Shown in pieces: positions 14,000 to 29,089 of a stretch of DNA of 64,000 bases. How positions within the stretch are numbered: position 1 is the stretch's first letter; every line of letters begins with the position of its first letter. Both the position numbers and the translations under genes were made by a program. The notes under the pieces were generated by a model. The model ran no database searches, was not told where the DNA came from, and saw only the letters and a program-made list of their open reading frames with translations. This stretch comes from Camelus dromedarius (lineage: Eukaryota), in contig NC_087437.1 of assembly GCF_036321535.1 (NCBI RefSeq), positions 104,658,001 to 104,722,000 of the forward strand, given 5' to 3'.

Positions 14000-16900
14000 G
14001 AACTGTTGACAGGAAAACCTTTCTACTACTGTCTCCATAAATAAAAAGAAAACTAACAGAAGAAATACATAACAAAACATATGGGATGGATACATAGTCA
14101 TAATTAGGAAGTAAATTGAATTTTTAAAGAAACTTATCAAATAACAATCAAGAAGTGAAAGAAAGCTAATCAATAAATGCATTAAAGATTTTTTTTGAAG
14201 AACATGAGAATCATCTAGGTAAATTAGTTCTTCTGGACAAGAGATAAGAGACACAAATCATAAAGTTAAAGGCAGAAATTCATGAAAGAGAAAAGACCAA
14301 TAAAATGGTGGAATAATTTTAGAGATTTTTGGAGGAATAAAGTATAAACATTTTCAAGCTGGAAGAGTAAAACAATTAAAAATATTAATACACGAGAGAA
14401 AAAAAGAAAATTGGGAAAAAAATCAGGATTATATTATCAATAAATTTATTCTAATATATTTTAAGGTTAAAATGAGAATTATCTGAAATACAATGAAAAA
14501 TCAGTTAATAAAATAACTCAGAGGAATACAATATCTAAAGATACAATATCTGCTAATGAAAGTTATTTGGTAATAAAAGTCATTCCAGTCAAAATAAACA
14601 GTGTCAATATTACAGGAAATTTTTACTAAATTATCAAATGCTTATCTTCTAAAAACTCTTTTTGAATATAGACAGTAGAAAAGCAGGCCAGGATAGCCTG
14701 CTTTTTTATGAGAATGGTATAATTTTGTAAATGAAACCAGAAAGTAGTCTCACCTAACTACAAAATTAAATTCGAAATAATCCAGTAGAATATTAAAATA
14801 ATACACTACCATCAAATATTATGGATGTGGGAAATAAAATATAAAAGTAGGTTTATTTTTTTTTTAATTTAAAAAGCAACATAAAACAAGCTCCTGTTAG
14901 AGTAAAATAACACAAAGCTAGTGAAAAAGCAGACTGTTCTATATCAGTCATCATCAGTGATTTAAAAAAAGAAAAAAAGATGTAATAAATTCAAACCTCT
15001 CATCTAAAATGGCTATGTGGTAGGTTGCACTATAAGATTACCCCAAGGGCAATAATTAAGAAAATGTGAGTGAATAGCTAAATTTTAAAAATAAAGGTAT
15101 TTTTAAATTATGTATTGTATATATATATGTATATATATGAAACCAAACTTTTATATTTGGGAACAACTTAGGAGTAATACACCTCTACTTCTTCCATGAA
15201 CTCTGGTCAAGCCAAATCAGGTCATAAATCATAAAATCTTAAGTATATATTTTTTGTTGACATCACGTTTCTTGCTAGTTGGCATTACTTAAAAGTTGAC
15301 TCTATAGATTAAAAAAAATCCAAGAACTCACTTTACTGTTGGCCTCAGACCAGAGTGTCTGGGCAGCCTCTCATATAACATATTCTGGCTTCATCACTGA
15401 CTTGAAAGGATGTACAGACACACTGATGTGTATAGTGGACTAAAGGAGAAAAGTTATATTACTGTTATAATCAATGTGTGAATATTTTGAAAAAAGTTTA
15501 ATTTTAAACATACAGATCTAAGATTATAAATAAACTTCAATACAAATAAATATGAATGAACTTCAAAATAAATAAATTTCTTAAACTTCAAAAGATATTT
15601 ACCAAATAAACTTCATCAAACATCAATGATGAATTATTGAATCATTGCCATTTTTAATAAAAATGTGATGTATTCAATGGAGCACAACATTGAAAATTAT
15701 ACTGCTGACTCTAGGCCAAGCAACAGTTAAAAAACAAAACAAAACTACTATTGAAAGGGATCGGATTGAAGAAGTGATCCTGATACTATATCAATGCTTT
15801 AGTTATTTATAATTGTACAGAAATCCAAGAGAATCTGGAATAGTAAACTGAAGATGAGAGAGTTCAGACAGATTCCTGTCAAATAGCAATATTTAAAAAT
15901 CAACATTGTTCCTATATATCAGCAACAAACACTAAAACAACATAATCATTCTTATATCAATGAAATTTATAATGTACTTAGTGGTAAATTAAAAAATGGG
16001 CTTGAGTAAAGTGAATGTAACTTTAAAAATTATGGATCGCCCCAACAGAAGGTCTGAATAGGAAAAATCACCATATCTACAGGTGAGAAGATTCAGTTTG
16101 CCCTAGTAGTAAATTCTCAAAATTAACTGATATTTTCAAGTTAATCTTAATAAAATTTAATTTAAATTATATCTAGAACTTTTTCGTATAATTTGACAAA
16201 GTTATTCTAAAATGTGTATGGTAAAGGACCATGGATATCACTGTAATTTTAAAAGTGAAAAATAAGTAGTGAATGAAAGGTTCTTGTGTTCCTGGGTATT
16301 AGACTTAATGGAGAATAAACACAGACAAAGCACTTTAAATAGGTGCAGGAAAAGATAAACATCTCAGTGGATGGAGTAGGAACTTGGCATATGATAGAGC
16401 TAGACTTAAAATCTGTGGAGGGAGATAATGAATAAAAAAAAAAAAATACAGCCAAATTTGTAATCATGAAATTGTCAAGTAAGTCAATTATAAGCCAAGA
16501 TAATAATATAATAATAACCTTACAATCTCTAATGATGGTCTGGAGGTAGAAAGACAAGAGATTTTTAACTTTGTTGGTATGTGTGAAAATTACTATACCT
16601 ACTTTGGAGAGTAATTTAATCACATTTCTTTCAAACAGCCTTTAAGCCATTGATTAATAGTTAATTAACATAGCAATATAGCAACCCAATACATATTTCC
16701 AAGTATATTTCCTAGTGAGAGTTGTGTATGCAGACAAGGATACTTACACCAAGATGTTTATTTCAGGGTTTTTTATGATAATAATATTACATTGGAAACA
16801 ACATGTTCACCAAGTGGTGTGCTGGTAAATGTGTAAGAACTAGATATTTAGGGGGAAGAAAGTCTTGATTTGTAGCATTTGCCAATTTTCATGATGTAAA

Positions 16901-17450
16901 TGCCACCTCCTATGGCCGATTTTGATCCATCAGTGTAATATCATTGAATATGGATTTGAGAAAAATACATGTAATGGGCTTTCAAGACCTTTTAGCTGCA
17001 GAGCTCCAGCAAACCCGCTCATCAGTATGGACATAAAAAGTGATCAGTAAAATCACTGTAAACTAAAGAGTTGAATTAGAACTACCCATAAATATATTCA
17101 TATTATAAAAGCATAATGAAAAAAAATCAAATTGCTGAGTTATATGTGTACTCTGAGGTTATTTATTGCAAATTAAAAATGCAAAAAATGTTGCAGCATT
17201 CCATTGTAGTACTTGTGTTTATCAAAGTATGGAAAATGCCCTGTAAGAAGTGCCACCATCTTCATGACAGCAATTAATTCTAGAGACTCAACTAGAGAAA
17301 TGAAAACTTGAATAGAGATCAAAAGAGTCCAAATTTTGTATATAATATTGTATTTATTTTATTTCAGGAAGAGCTACATGCACATATATTAACAATTATC
17401 TACTCCAGATGGTAGAAAGTTGAGTGGTTTTCTTTATTTCTCTGTAGTAT
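14000..17450 (+). mobile_element. Very old L1 (L1ME-like) ORF2/3' remnants
   Basis: A-rich strand with degraded ORF2-like motifs ('aaaaatcaacattgttcctatatatcagcaac', 'tttgacaaagttattctaaaatgtgtatgg'). Boundaries are approximate. Confidence 0.5.
16810..17020 (+). mobile_element. MER63-type hAT DNA transposon fossil nested in the old L1
   Basis: 'agtggtgtgctggtaaatg...gatttgtagcatttgccaattttcatgatgtaaat...ctccagcaaacc' resembles the recalled MER63A consensus with degenerate TIRs. Confidence 0.6.
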
Positions 17451-20349
17451 TTTATTTATTATATTAATTTTAGAATGTGTATATAATATCCATAAACTTT
17501 AATAGAGTCCTGGGATAAATATATAAATAAGACTGTAGTAAGATTCCAAATATTAATTTGGTTCAGTTTTCTCAAGTCTTATAATTATGTGGAAAAACTT
17601 TACATATTTCTCAATTATCTTAAATAGTGGAACAAACATTCAGAATCTATTGAATTTGTATTTTAAATGTGCATTGATATTTTTTAGTAACATTGGAAGG
17701 AATTATTGATGGTCAGTGAAAGAGATGAATTACCTCAGAAAAAAATAATGGATGGATGGATTATAGAATAACTTATTTAAAAATATACTGTTGGGAATCA
17801 GCTCTCTTAAGAGCTGTGTAAAGTTGTTCAATTAGTTTTAGAAATACTGTCTAACATTATCCAGTTCAAAATAGAGACAAGAATTAAGAAAAATTACTTC
17901 GAAAAGTCACCAATTATTTTGTCATATTTGTATAAAATTAGTCTGATTTTCCAATTAAATGCTCTATGTCACATCAGATAATCTGACAAGACAAACATAA
18001 ATGCATCTTTGATTGACATGGTTGAAAACATTAGTGCCACAGCTGGTTTCCAGAGAGCAGAGTGAGGAAAATATAGTGATGAACAGGAGCAAGGAAGACA
18101 GAAGTGGGAGCTTTTTTACAGGAACTGGAGTCGAAGAGGTGATGTCATCTTTGTCTGGGACAATACCTGACAGTAAGTAGAAAGTGAGCTCACTGGCTGA
18201 TTCCTTACCTCCCCAATTTGGTCCCCCAGTTAGACCTCCTATGGGCCAAATTTAAAAGGAGAGAAGAGTAGAAGGAATGAAATATAAAGTAAAAAGGCAA
18301 ATAATTACAACAGAAGTAATAATAATGAACCTTACTGTTAGAGAATATTAGAACATTGAAAATAATAATTTTTAAAATTATGAAATGCTGTGTAAAAAAA
18401 ATTATTTACGAAGAAACAAAATTCAGAATGACATCAACAATGCTGGATACAAGAAAACAAGGAAACAATAATATCAAAATCTTGATGGGGAATTATCTTG
18501 AAGCTAGAAACTCATATATTAAAATCATGTTGACTCCTGCTTTTGCTTATGACATGGTAACTAATACTGAACTTACCCTAACACCTTACACTAAAAACCT
18601 GGAAGGAAAAAAAAAATCAGTTGTTTTCAGACAGCTTTGGAGAGTGATCAACAAGAGAAAAGAAACAAATGAGTTGAGTGCTTTGATCACCCAGGCTTTC
18701 AATCTGAAAGCACCCTCCAGGATGGAGAACAAGGAGGGCAACCCAAAAAGTTATAGCAGTCTCACTGATTCAAGGACAGAAAAAAGGAGTTAGGCAGAGA
18801 TGGCTAGAAGCCATGGGACATGGTGCCAAAGAGATGAGAAATCTGCAGTTGAAGAGACACAATAATGCACGAGCTTCTTGAGTTTCTGAGAATGCTAAGT
18901 TGCACATGTAAGTGGGAACTTCATGAAGCCAGGAAGTAACCACTACTAAAGCACTGTAAGATGAATAGATTCCAGGCTCAAACAGAGTAGGGAAACATTC
19001 TAGTCCTTACTAGACTTTACCAAATACCTTAGGCATTCAGCAAAGACTCCATTTAAGGATCCTGCTTTAACACTAAGGGGCAATGTAGATCTATCAAATA
19101 AAGCTTAAAAAGGAGATCCCGAAAGGATCAGCTTGATCAGCAACTAACTCAAGGGAATAGGAAGAAAGACTCATGCTGAAGGAACAATTATAGTGAGATT
19201 CTTCCCAGCTTTGTAAATGTTCATATATGTGGGGAAAAAATGTATGTGTTGCAATTTAGAAAACAAGGTTAAACAGGACCCGATTGTGAAGGGTTTTAAA
19301 GTGTGGCTAAAATGTTATATTTTATTTGTAAACAGTTGGAATTGACCATCTTTGAGCAGGGAAGTAATGTGATCAGAGCTGAGCTTTATGTATTATAACA
19401 TCTTTCTTCTACCAGGAAGAGTGAGTGCAAAGAGTGTCTGGGTGGATTTGGGGCTCATACTGCTAAAAAAAAACATAAACACATCTATTTAAGTAATCCA
19501 CTGTAGTTTGCCCAGTTACTATCAAGGTATTCACTTCTCTCAGGAATATTACTCACAGTCACTGTGTCATGCTAATAGCCCCCTACTGTACTACACACAC
19601 AGGGGAACAAAGCTGAGACATTTTCAGAAAACAAACATTAAGGAAATCTTAAAACCGTGATTTCCAAATCTCAAGATCATTATCTCATCTCACAGTGTGC
19701 TGTTTCATGGGTTGGTTTGTGTTCTCCACCGGAAGATTGAATAATGAATATAATTATAGCAACAGGGAATCTGACAAGACAATCAGAAACAAGCTCACGA
19801 TTAGGGATATGAGTTGAACAGAGTGATGGTTATTTACCTAAATAAAATGAAAAGATGTATTTCTAACACTGAGTTCTTGCTTCAGGAAAGCCTAGAAGAA
19901 TCATTTAAATTAGATTTTCCATCTGTTACAACAAAATAAGAATTCTACTGTATGTATTGAGTACTTAAAATTAGGATGATGAAAAGTTGTAGTTTACGGC
20001 GGGTGGGGGGCATAATCTTGCTTTGTGCTTATTGTCCTGTATTAATGCTACACTTTTTTTCACTATCAAAGCTACCCTTGATGGAGTTTGAAAACATTTG
20101 TTTAATTAGCATGCCATCAAAGGATAGTTGGGTGTTTCTATCATATTAATTCCAATGAAAATATAAGGGGAAATATGTTTAAAATTTTGTTTTCACACAG
20201 TAACTTTCAGATATTCCTTTATTCTTTCACATAATTCGAGTGTGACATAAGTTTCTTTTAATAATTTTACTTACCTCGTTGAATGAGGAAATAAGGGATG
20301 TTGTAGAATTCTCTGCAACATCATTTGAAGAAGTACAGAACTACTGCCA

Positions 20350-20600
20350 ATAGAGTGTAGTTAAGACAATGGACTCTGCAGCCAGGCTCACTGGGTGTGA
20401 TCTCTGCCTCGGCCAGTAACTACTTGAATGACCTTGGGAAGGTCACTTAAGCTCTGTAGAACTGTAGTCCTATTCTGTGCAAAATTAAGATCAAATGGTC
20501 TATGCAGGTATTAAATGAGTGAACGGTTATAAAGTTATCAGATAATACTTGGCACATTGTCAGAGCTGTGCAATTGTTTAGTGTTATAAGATACTCTTCT
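20350..20600 (+). mobile_element. MIR SINE
   Basis: Typical MIR head and core: 'gtgtagttaagacaatggactctgcagccagg...tgaccttgggaaggtcacttaagctctg...ttggcacatt'. Confidence 0.7.
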
Positions 20601-23600
20601 CTATAGATGATTAATGTAAGATTTTTAAAAAATTTGTATTTATTACCAAGCATCCCAACCGAGTTTAAATTCTGTTGGAAGGAAAATGTGGATGGAGCTG
20701 GGTTCTCATACATTCTGGGAGGAATGTCTAAGAAGTCTAAAACTGTCCCTTACTGAATGTCAGTTAACTGATCTCTAGCCCCTTCAGGACTAAAGATGCA
20801 GCAGAAAGAGGAAGGTATTTGTAGGGATGCAGTATCAAGCACTACTACAGAAAGGACATACTGCTAAAAGGAGTTGACTACTGAAGAAATTATGTATGGA
20901 TCACAAGGCTTCAGATTGATAGTACAATTTGCTAATCATATACCTATTCCAAAATCCTGCCTCATCTATCGGAAAAAGCTTAAATGCCTTTTATTCCTCC
21001 ATAATGGTAGCAGATACAAACAATTAAATTTACACAGAAATTTCCTGGAGTGGCAGGGTAATTTCTCAGGAAAGCTTCTGCTTTCTTTTCACTCTTTCTT
21101 GCTTTAAAACAGAAAGCGAAGTCTGGAGCTTCATTAGAAATTCTTCAACCATAGAATGATAGGCCACCCTACTAAGTATGTGTAATGGACAACAAAGAAA
21201 GAAGGGGCTGGTAATTGCTGAACCGTTGCACGAGTCCTAGCTACAACCTCTAGATTTCTTGATATGTGAGGAAAAAGAATATTCACTTAACCTATTATCG
21301 GCTGGGTTTTCTGAATTTTAGGGGCCTTCAAATGCGTTTCTAAATGATTCACGAGTTTATGAGGGCTACAGCTCTACTCTAGACATCATACTGAAACCTT
21401 AGGTTTTTGTTTTTATGAGTGCGGTTTGAATTTTATAGTAGCTCTGGAGAGGAGTTTGCTGCTACCCCAAGTACTGCATAAGATAAAATTACCAGGAAGG
21501 CAAAGAAGGGCCATTAGATACAACTGATTGAATACTGAACACTGAGTAGTTAATTCAGATAAAAATCTTTAAGAAACCATTGCTAACAGGCAGTAGAATT
21601 CCAAACACAGTGTCAGATTTTAGATACTTTATGCATCAAACGTGTCTGTTTCTCTTTGCCATTGCAATATGACAGACCTATTGTCAATAGGACCATCATA
21701 ACCTATTGTCTATATAAAATTAGAAGTAAAAACTGAGTACATAAGTGGATATAGTTGGTTTTCCCCTAAATTATCACCTTGAAAAAAGAAGCAATTTTAT
21801 TTCAGTAACTTTCATTAATTATAGGCACAGAACAGAGTGGACCTCATGTTAATTATAGAGACCTTAAAATTAAGTTCAGATAAATTTAGGCATATTTACA
21901 TCTGCTTTACAAAATACATTAGGGCCTGCTCAAATAAAAATACAAACAAAATATTGAGAGAAATTTTGAAAAGCCACAGTATGGTTCTAGAATATAATAG
22001 CAGAAATGAGAAAACAGGATAGAAATGCCAATATTATCATGACATTTAAAATATATTAGTTCTTTGTAAGCTAATTATCATAAGAATAATGTGCGCGTGT
22101 TTTATGTATCTTTATCGGTTTTTCACAAGTAAAACGCATTGTTAACTGCTAATGAAGAACAAGTAATTAACTATAAAGTGACAGCCGTCGAGCTGCAAAG
22201 TTTAGTGCTGTTATTTCAGCAACTGGTTGTTATCATCTCTGAATCTGTAATGGCCCCGCACAGTCTCAGTCTGTAAAGCAAGTATAAAATATGTTTCTGC
22301 TGTTTTGATTCAGTGTGAAAATGGTTGTCTGTAAAAATATCATGGCTACTATATTCAATTCAGTTTTTTTTTAACTGCCAACCCTTTTGGTGTAAGAATC
22401 TTCCTACTTGCTGAGTACCCACCAGTGGGGGCAGGAATGTATATAAAGCCAGAGTCCTCTGGCCCAACAATGACAGTTCTCTTCCTGGGGACCTTTTCCA
22501 AAGACACCAACAATCCCTAAGCACAACTTTTTTTTTCCTTCTGGAAAATTCTTTCTCCAGGTACACCTAATTAATGTGCTGCTTTCATCTGCTAAATAAA
22601 AGGAGGAAGGAAGGAGACCTATATAAATGCATTCATTTTTACCTATTTTGGAATATTATTTTTTTTGGCCTTCTATGTATTTTGGTGTACTGTTTCCCTG
22701 GATAATTCTCTTTATAAAAATGATTACTCACTTGCTGTCTGAAACTATTATCAAAGCTACTTTGGGAAGTTGCTTTGGAAAAAAATATCTTACAGGAAGG
22801 CAGTAACCCCTCCAGTGTCAGCTCCGTACATCAATTGCTTAGATGCTGAATTTTCTACATCTGCCTAAGATAAAAATGCACTTATAATAACATTTACGTG
22901 TCAACAGCCATTTTGGAATGACCATTTCTGTCTACACAATTTAGAGAATTTATAAGTTGTGCTTCTTTGTCTTAAAAAATTTGATAAAAGTATATTATAC
23001 AACATCTATTTAGGTCAGAATATGAACAACAGAATGAAATCTGAATTAAACTACTTCATTCATCTTCCAGAACCATTCTCACAGTGTTCTTTGATTCTTT
23101 CTTTGTTTCTGAAATGAAATTCCATAAGCCCAAGAAGCACTTTACCTTCCAAAGTGATATGTTCAAAACTTCCTCCGTTGGATTTAATTAGCTGAGATGT
23201 CTACAAGTGGACACTTAGTTCACTCAGTTGAATTCAGAAATGTTTCTCAGAAGGCAGCTTTATTATATTTTAACCTTCAGGAATCAGGGAGAAACGTTTT
23301 TTAAACAATAAATACTTCTGATGAAAATGTTCTACTTCTAAATAAACAGCTCATCAAATAAAATGCATCATATTTTATCAGTAATTTATGTTTCAATAAA
23401 AAATTCTATACATTTTTGGAATTCTATATAAAATAATAAAACAAGTTTATTTTTATGGAAGATACCAAATTAAGCAACTATTGCTTAGAAATAGCATATA
23501 TACATATGTGTGTGTGTGATTTTACCTTAAGGGAGACTACTGAAAAAGCGACATGAGGCAAACTTGGTAAGAGTGAATTTTACCTGTTATCCTTATATAG

Positions 23601-24204
23601 CTAATGCTTTTTCACTTAAAAGTGTTTTAAACAACTAAAATCACTCAGGAAGTTGATTCTTAGTATTTCTTGTTTAGATTATTGAGACAGACCCAAGGAT
23701 TTCTACTACCACATGAATATTGTCTCACTGAGAGATTAACTTGAAATTTCTCATGTTAACCAGGCCACAAAGCAAACCCAATTCCATTGCAAATAATCAA
23801 CCATCTATATAATTGAGCTAAATCTGATGTGTTCACAAAATTATGAAAGTCTTTAAATCAATTTCAAATTTCCCAAATGAGGAAAATAAACAGAATATTT
23901 ATTTTGTTCCTGCATTCTAGGCTAGTGAATTGCACATAGAAAAGGATTTCTGTAATTTGTATTTGCACAGTGGCGTTTGATACATGAGTCCTTGCTTTTC
24001 TTGAGATTTTTTTTTAAATCATTACTCCAAATGTTGAAGCTTTTACTATAATAGATGCCCTTCTATGCTTATGGGTCTAATACAGACAATGTATATTTGC
24101 AAATATTATTTTGCATCCTCGAGTCCATCTACAGTTCCATGTGACACATACCCCATATCAAATATTTATTACACTTTTATAGAGCACAATTACACATTAG
24201 TATT

Positions 24205-24412
24205 TTTCACTAAATTATAAATAGAATTTTTACAAGTGAAATAGAGTACTTTTCAATCTGGAAGAGAAAATTGCATGATAAAGTAGTTGTGTTTCCTTTA
24301 TGTGGATATTTCACTAAATTATAGATAGAATTTTTACAAGTGAAATAGAATACTTTTCAATCTGGAAGAGAAAATTTCATGATGAAGTAGCTGTGTTTCC
24401 TTTATGTGGATA
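24205..24412. repeat. 104-bp tandem duplication (2 copies)
   Basis: Units 24205-24308 and 24309-24412 differ at 5 positions by manual alignment. Confidence 0.9.
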
Positions 24413-25651
24413 ATAATGTAACTCACTTCTTCACACACACACATGCACACACACACACAAACACATTTTAAATATCTGAAACCACTTTCAGCACTCCATA
24501 TTGTATTATTTTACCAATAAACCATTCAATGAATATTCACACTTACCACTCACAATATCCAGGTCTTGCTTTGCTTATTCAATGGGGCCTGACTATCAGA
24601 CACTCCTTTTCATTCGCAATGTTGTTGCCTAACCAAATTTGAGAGTAACAGTTTTGTTCCCCTAGATTTTTCATGCCTTGTCATTTAATTAAAATAAAAC
24701 GATCTATTATAAGCAATGAGACAACTAGAATATACAATGTCAAATAGTAATATTATCAAGGGAATATTTAGGGTAAATAGGGGAGAGTTATTATTTTCTA
24801 AATGTCTATTTCTTTAAAAGAGTACAGGGGCCACTTTTTTGCAAGCTATTCTTCAGATACAGTATAAGCACTCATTACAAATTAGAAATTAATTTGGTAA
24901 ATGCACTGTGCTAAGAAGCAGTTTACTTTGTGCAATGATCATGAATATAATCATACCATGTACCAGCATACACCATTTTCGTTTTCAGTTTTAATTCTCT
25001 TACTTATAGGTCTGCTTTTTTGTTTATTTGTTTTGCTAAGTCTGATACTTCAGTGTTTTATTTGAAAGATGATAGTAGACATACTTATCTGGTTCCTTTT
25101 CTTAAAGGGGAATAAAAACTACCATTATGTATAGCATTTGCTGTAGGTTTCTTGTCAAGTACTTTTAACTAGATATGAAGTCTTTCTATTCCTAATTCAC
25201 TAAGAGCTGTTATGTATGGATAGTTCAATTTTATCACATTTTCTGCATCACTTTTGATACTTATTTTATTATTTATTATTTCTTCATTTTATTTTTTGTT
25301 TCTCCAAATCTCACAGATACTGTGCTTGTTGCTGGTCCAAGGGGTACCATTGCTTAAGATTAGGCTTTGGTGATTTTTTTCTTTTTTTTGTTTTTGTTTT
25401 TGTTTTTGTTTTGCGGTAAACTTATTTGGGTTTGGTTTACCTGAAACTATATCCACTTTGCTCTCATTCTTGAATGACACTTTCACTGAATTCACAATAT
25501 TAGGTTGAAAGATGTTTTCTTTCAGATCTTTGAATATATTATTTCACATACTTCTGAATCCCATTGATGCTTCTGTGTCAGTACAAACATGTTTTCTTAT
25601 TAAAAGCTATATTTTTTCCTCTAAATATTTTAAGAAATAACTCTTTATATT

Positions 25652-26141
25652 TGTATTAGTTTTCTTTGCTGCTGTACCATTTTACCAAAAACTTAGCGGC
25701 TTACAACAACAAAAATAATTATCTTACAGTTCTGTGTATTAGAAGTCCAACACAGGTCTCAGTCAGCCAAAATCAAGGTCAGATCAGCAGGTCTGCTTTC
25801 TTTCTGAAGGCTCTGGGGAAGACTCTGTTTCCTTGCCTTTTCCACCTTTTAGAGGCTGTTTGCACTCCTTTTCTCATGGACCTCTATCTTCATCTTCAGA
25901 GACAGCAACAGGTACAGTTTTCATACATCTGTTTGATTACAGCCAGGAAGGTGTTCAGATTTTCAGGACTTGTGTAATTAGATTGGGCACCACTGGATAA
26001 TCCAGGATAATGTTTCCACATCAAGATCCTTAACCTTAATCACATTCACAAAGTACCTTTGTCACATAAGGGAATGTAGTCACAGGTTCCAGGGATTAAG
26101 ACATGGACAGTGTTGGGAAGGCCATTAGACTGCCTGCTGCA
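25652..26141 (-). mobile_element. MLT1 (ERVL-MaLR) solo LTR inserted in older L1 sequence
   Basis: Reverse-orientation MLT1 motifs 'tgtattagttttc..tgctgctgta', 'atcttacagttctg', 'aatccaggataat' and 'cacaggttccagggattaagacatggaca'. Confidence 0.8.
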
Positions 26142-26542
26142 GAATGGTTCTGCAATTTTGGTATAGATATATTCTCATTTACTCTAATTGTGAAATTTGG
26201 ACTCCTCCAAATTATTATTTATATTGTTAATTCAGTCTAGAAACTTCTCAATTTTTTTTAATTTCCTATGGAATTCCACTTTAGTTCTCAATTTTTACTT
26301 CATTTCTCTTACCCTTTCTCAAATATTTAACATTTGATTTTTTGTTCTGATATGTTCTGAGTGTCTTTTTACCTCTGCTTCTGTTTACTAATTCTCTTTT
26401 CCTGTACCTGTTCTGTTATTTAAACTGTTGATGAAGGTTTTTATAAATTTCAGTTCATTTCCAGGTTTAAACTGCTGCCTTTTTTGAAATCTACTATTTG
26501 TATTATATTAATTTTAATGTTAATATTTGAAGTCTTATTTTT

Positions 26543-26657
26543 GTCATCGTTGTCTTTTTTGGGGTAGTTTCATTTATTTTTAATAGAAGTACTAGGGATT
26601 AAAGCCAGAACCTCATGCATGCTAAACACACACTCTACTGAGCTATACCCTTCCCCC
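26543..26657 (-). mobile_element. tRNA-Ala-derived camelid SINE (Vic-1 type), older copy
   Basis: The reverse complement reads ggggaagggtatagctcagtagagtgtgtgtttagcatgcatgaggttctgg... It is flanked by a 16-bp TSD TTGAAGTCT(T/C)ATTTTT at 26527-26542 and 26658-26673. Confidence 0.8.
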
Positions 26658-26971
26658 TTGAAGTCTCATTTTTAATTTATTTAAATAAAGGAAACATTTG
26701 TTTTGTATTTTTTTATTTTTAGTAATTCTAATAAGTGACATATTTGAAGGTCTTACTGAGTTGGCTTTTGTTTGTACTGGTTCTAACTCATAATGCCTCA
26801 TGTGTGCATCTATGTATGCGTGTGTGTGTGTGTATGTGTGTATGTGTGTATGTACATGCCTGTGGTGCCTGTTGTGGGTTTTTGTTTGGTTGTTTGTTTT
26901 ATTGTAAGATGTAGTTATTAATGACAAGGTGTCAGAGGTGACTTTTTAAAATATTTATTTATTTACTTACA

Positions 26972-26976
<5 letters not shown>

Positions 26977-27023
<47 letters not shown>
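26977..27023. repeat. (AT)n microsatellite
   Basis: Uninterrupted AT dinucleotide run. Confidence 0.95.
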
Positions 27024-27028
<5 letters not shown>

Positions 27029-29089
27029 ATGATCTAAGTTTTCTTTTGTTCCTCTGACTTTGTTAAGAACTGGCATCAGGATTATACTAGTTTCATTCTC
27101 TGCTTTAAACTGATTTCTGTAATATTACAATCACATAGTTTTTAAGAGATTTAACAAAACTAGCTTAAAGATTGGGAATACTAATTTACCCCTGGAGATC
27201 TTAAATTTCTTCAACCCAAGTTAGAACCCAAAATACCAATAATTCAAATAGTAAATCAGATAAAAGCAAAATACTCTTTCAAATAAAAATAATGAATAAT
27301 ACTTAGTTATAACTAGCATAATTCCAAATTAATATATGAATAAAATTTACCTCAACTTCACTTTTGTGATTTTTGCATGCAAATAAAAGCTTTTGACCAA
27401 TCTAGCTGGTGTAGTGACTGGAACCATGGACCAAAAATTGCCGTTCGTAAAACTGTGAGGTTGAGAGAATACAGTACGTTCAGCAGAGAATTATCTTAGT
27501 AGTGAAATCAGTGAATTCATTAAGTTACATGAGTTACATTTCTTTCCAAATTACAGAGCAAATTCTAGTAATGGGAGAAAAAACTATTTGACCTGATTCA
27601 TATAGTGAGTTAGTGCTCAACTAGGAAATCGGATGTTTACTAGTATTTAATATTGCCTTTCCAATGTCTTTCAGATGATCTTAATATCCTTATAGTTATT
27701 CAAAGTAAAAGTAGACAATTATTTCTACCCATAAATTCTTCAGGTCATTTTATGCTTAGATGATCTATTTTATGAAGTACTTTTCTTCTTTAAATTAATG
27801 TTAAAGTCAGTCAAAATTGTCTTATGAGTCATTAATTACATCAAGTTTATAACACTTGAAATGTGCAATTTAAGCTAATTTGATTTGTTCAATTATGTCT
27901 TAGAATATGTGTTTTGATCTCACTATATGCTATTTTTAATCCATGATTATGTATGTTAAGTGGAGATGTTTTAGTGAGATGGGAGAAAGTTTTCTGCAGG
28001 ATCCAGCAAAAACAATTTCAATTCCTACTCTCTCACGAAATTTATATGTCCTTGGGCAGGTCATTTAACCCATATGTCCTTCATCTCCTTCTTTGTAAAC
28101 TGTATCATTTGTTGTTGTTCTATTTGCTATTACAAATGTTCTATCATAAACATGCACTTTTTCTGAAAAGTTTCAAGTCCCTTGATATAAAATTATCACA
28201 TCAAATTATTCCTGATAAATTTTTCCTTTAGAATCATAGAACCTTCATTTTGTCTTAATTTAGATAAATAACAGGCAAAAGCTTCCCCTCTACTAATTTA
28301 TGCCCCAACTTTTAATAGCAGAGATAATTGTCCCATATGGAGACAACAATCCATAAAATAAAAATTAGGCTGCAACATAATATTTGCACTATTTTTTAAT
28401 ACCTGGATATTCCAGCCCATACTACTCTGGCTTTAAAAATAAATGAAGCAATTACTTAAGAAAGACAGATGCTGTGTTCCAGTATGGCTCAATTGTTGAA
28501 ACATTATAAAAATTAGGGGAGATGGGAGTAGGACTTTTTAGAAATAGACTTCCATTGCCCTTCTATTTATGCTCCCCAGAAGGTATAAGATGATTCCAGT
28601 TTTATTCAGAACCTCAGATACATTTGCAGCAATTTTATTATCTGTAACAGACAATGAGTAGTTTTAAATGAATGATGTACAGAAAAAAAATATTTTGAGA
28701 TAAAGTGGAAAAAAGCAGTTTTAAATCTATTGAGATGACCTTGGAAAGTTTCTGAATCTCATTTTTGTCACCAGTAAATGAATATTATTTATACTTATGT
28801 CAAAGTTATATGAATGTCTAACATGTTAATAAGTGAGGGAAATTTGGTACCTGTCAAGCTGGGCTTCAATCTAACTATGGTTCCAGTCTGTCTGAAGGAA
28901 ATTCCCAGAATCTGGAAGATGCCAAGAATTTTTTTTAATGACATCCTGATATTTCATATTTTTATGTTTGGTTGTTTTTATTTCAATTTTCACTGTGACT
29001 TTATGCACAATTTAATAACTTTCTTTCTTTAATACCTGTATCTGTATTTGAACAAATTTTTGTTAACCCTTATGCACTGTTTTTTTCTT

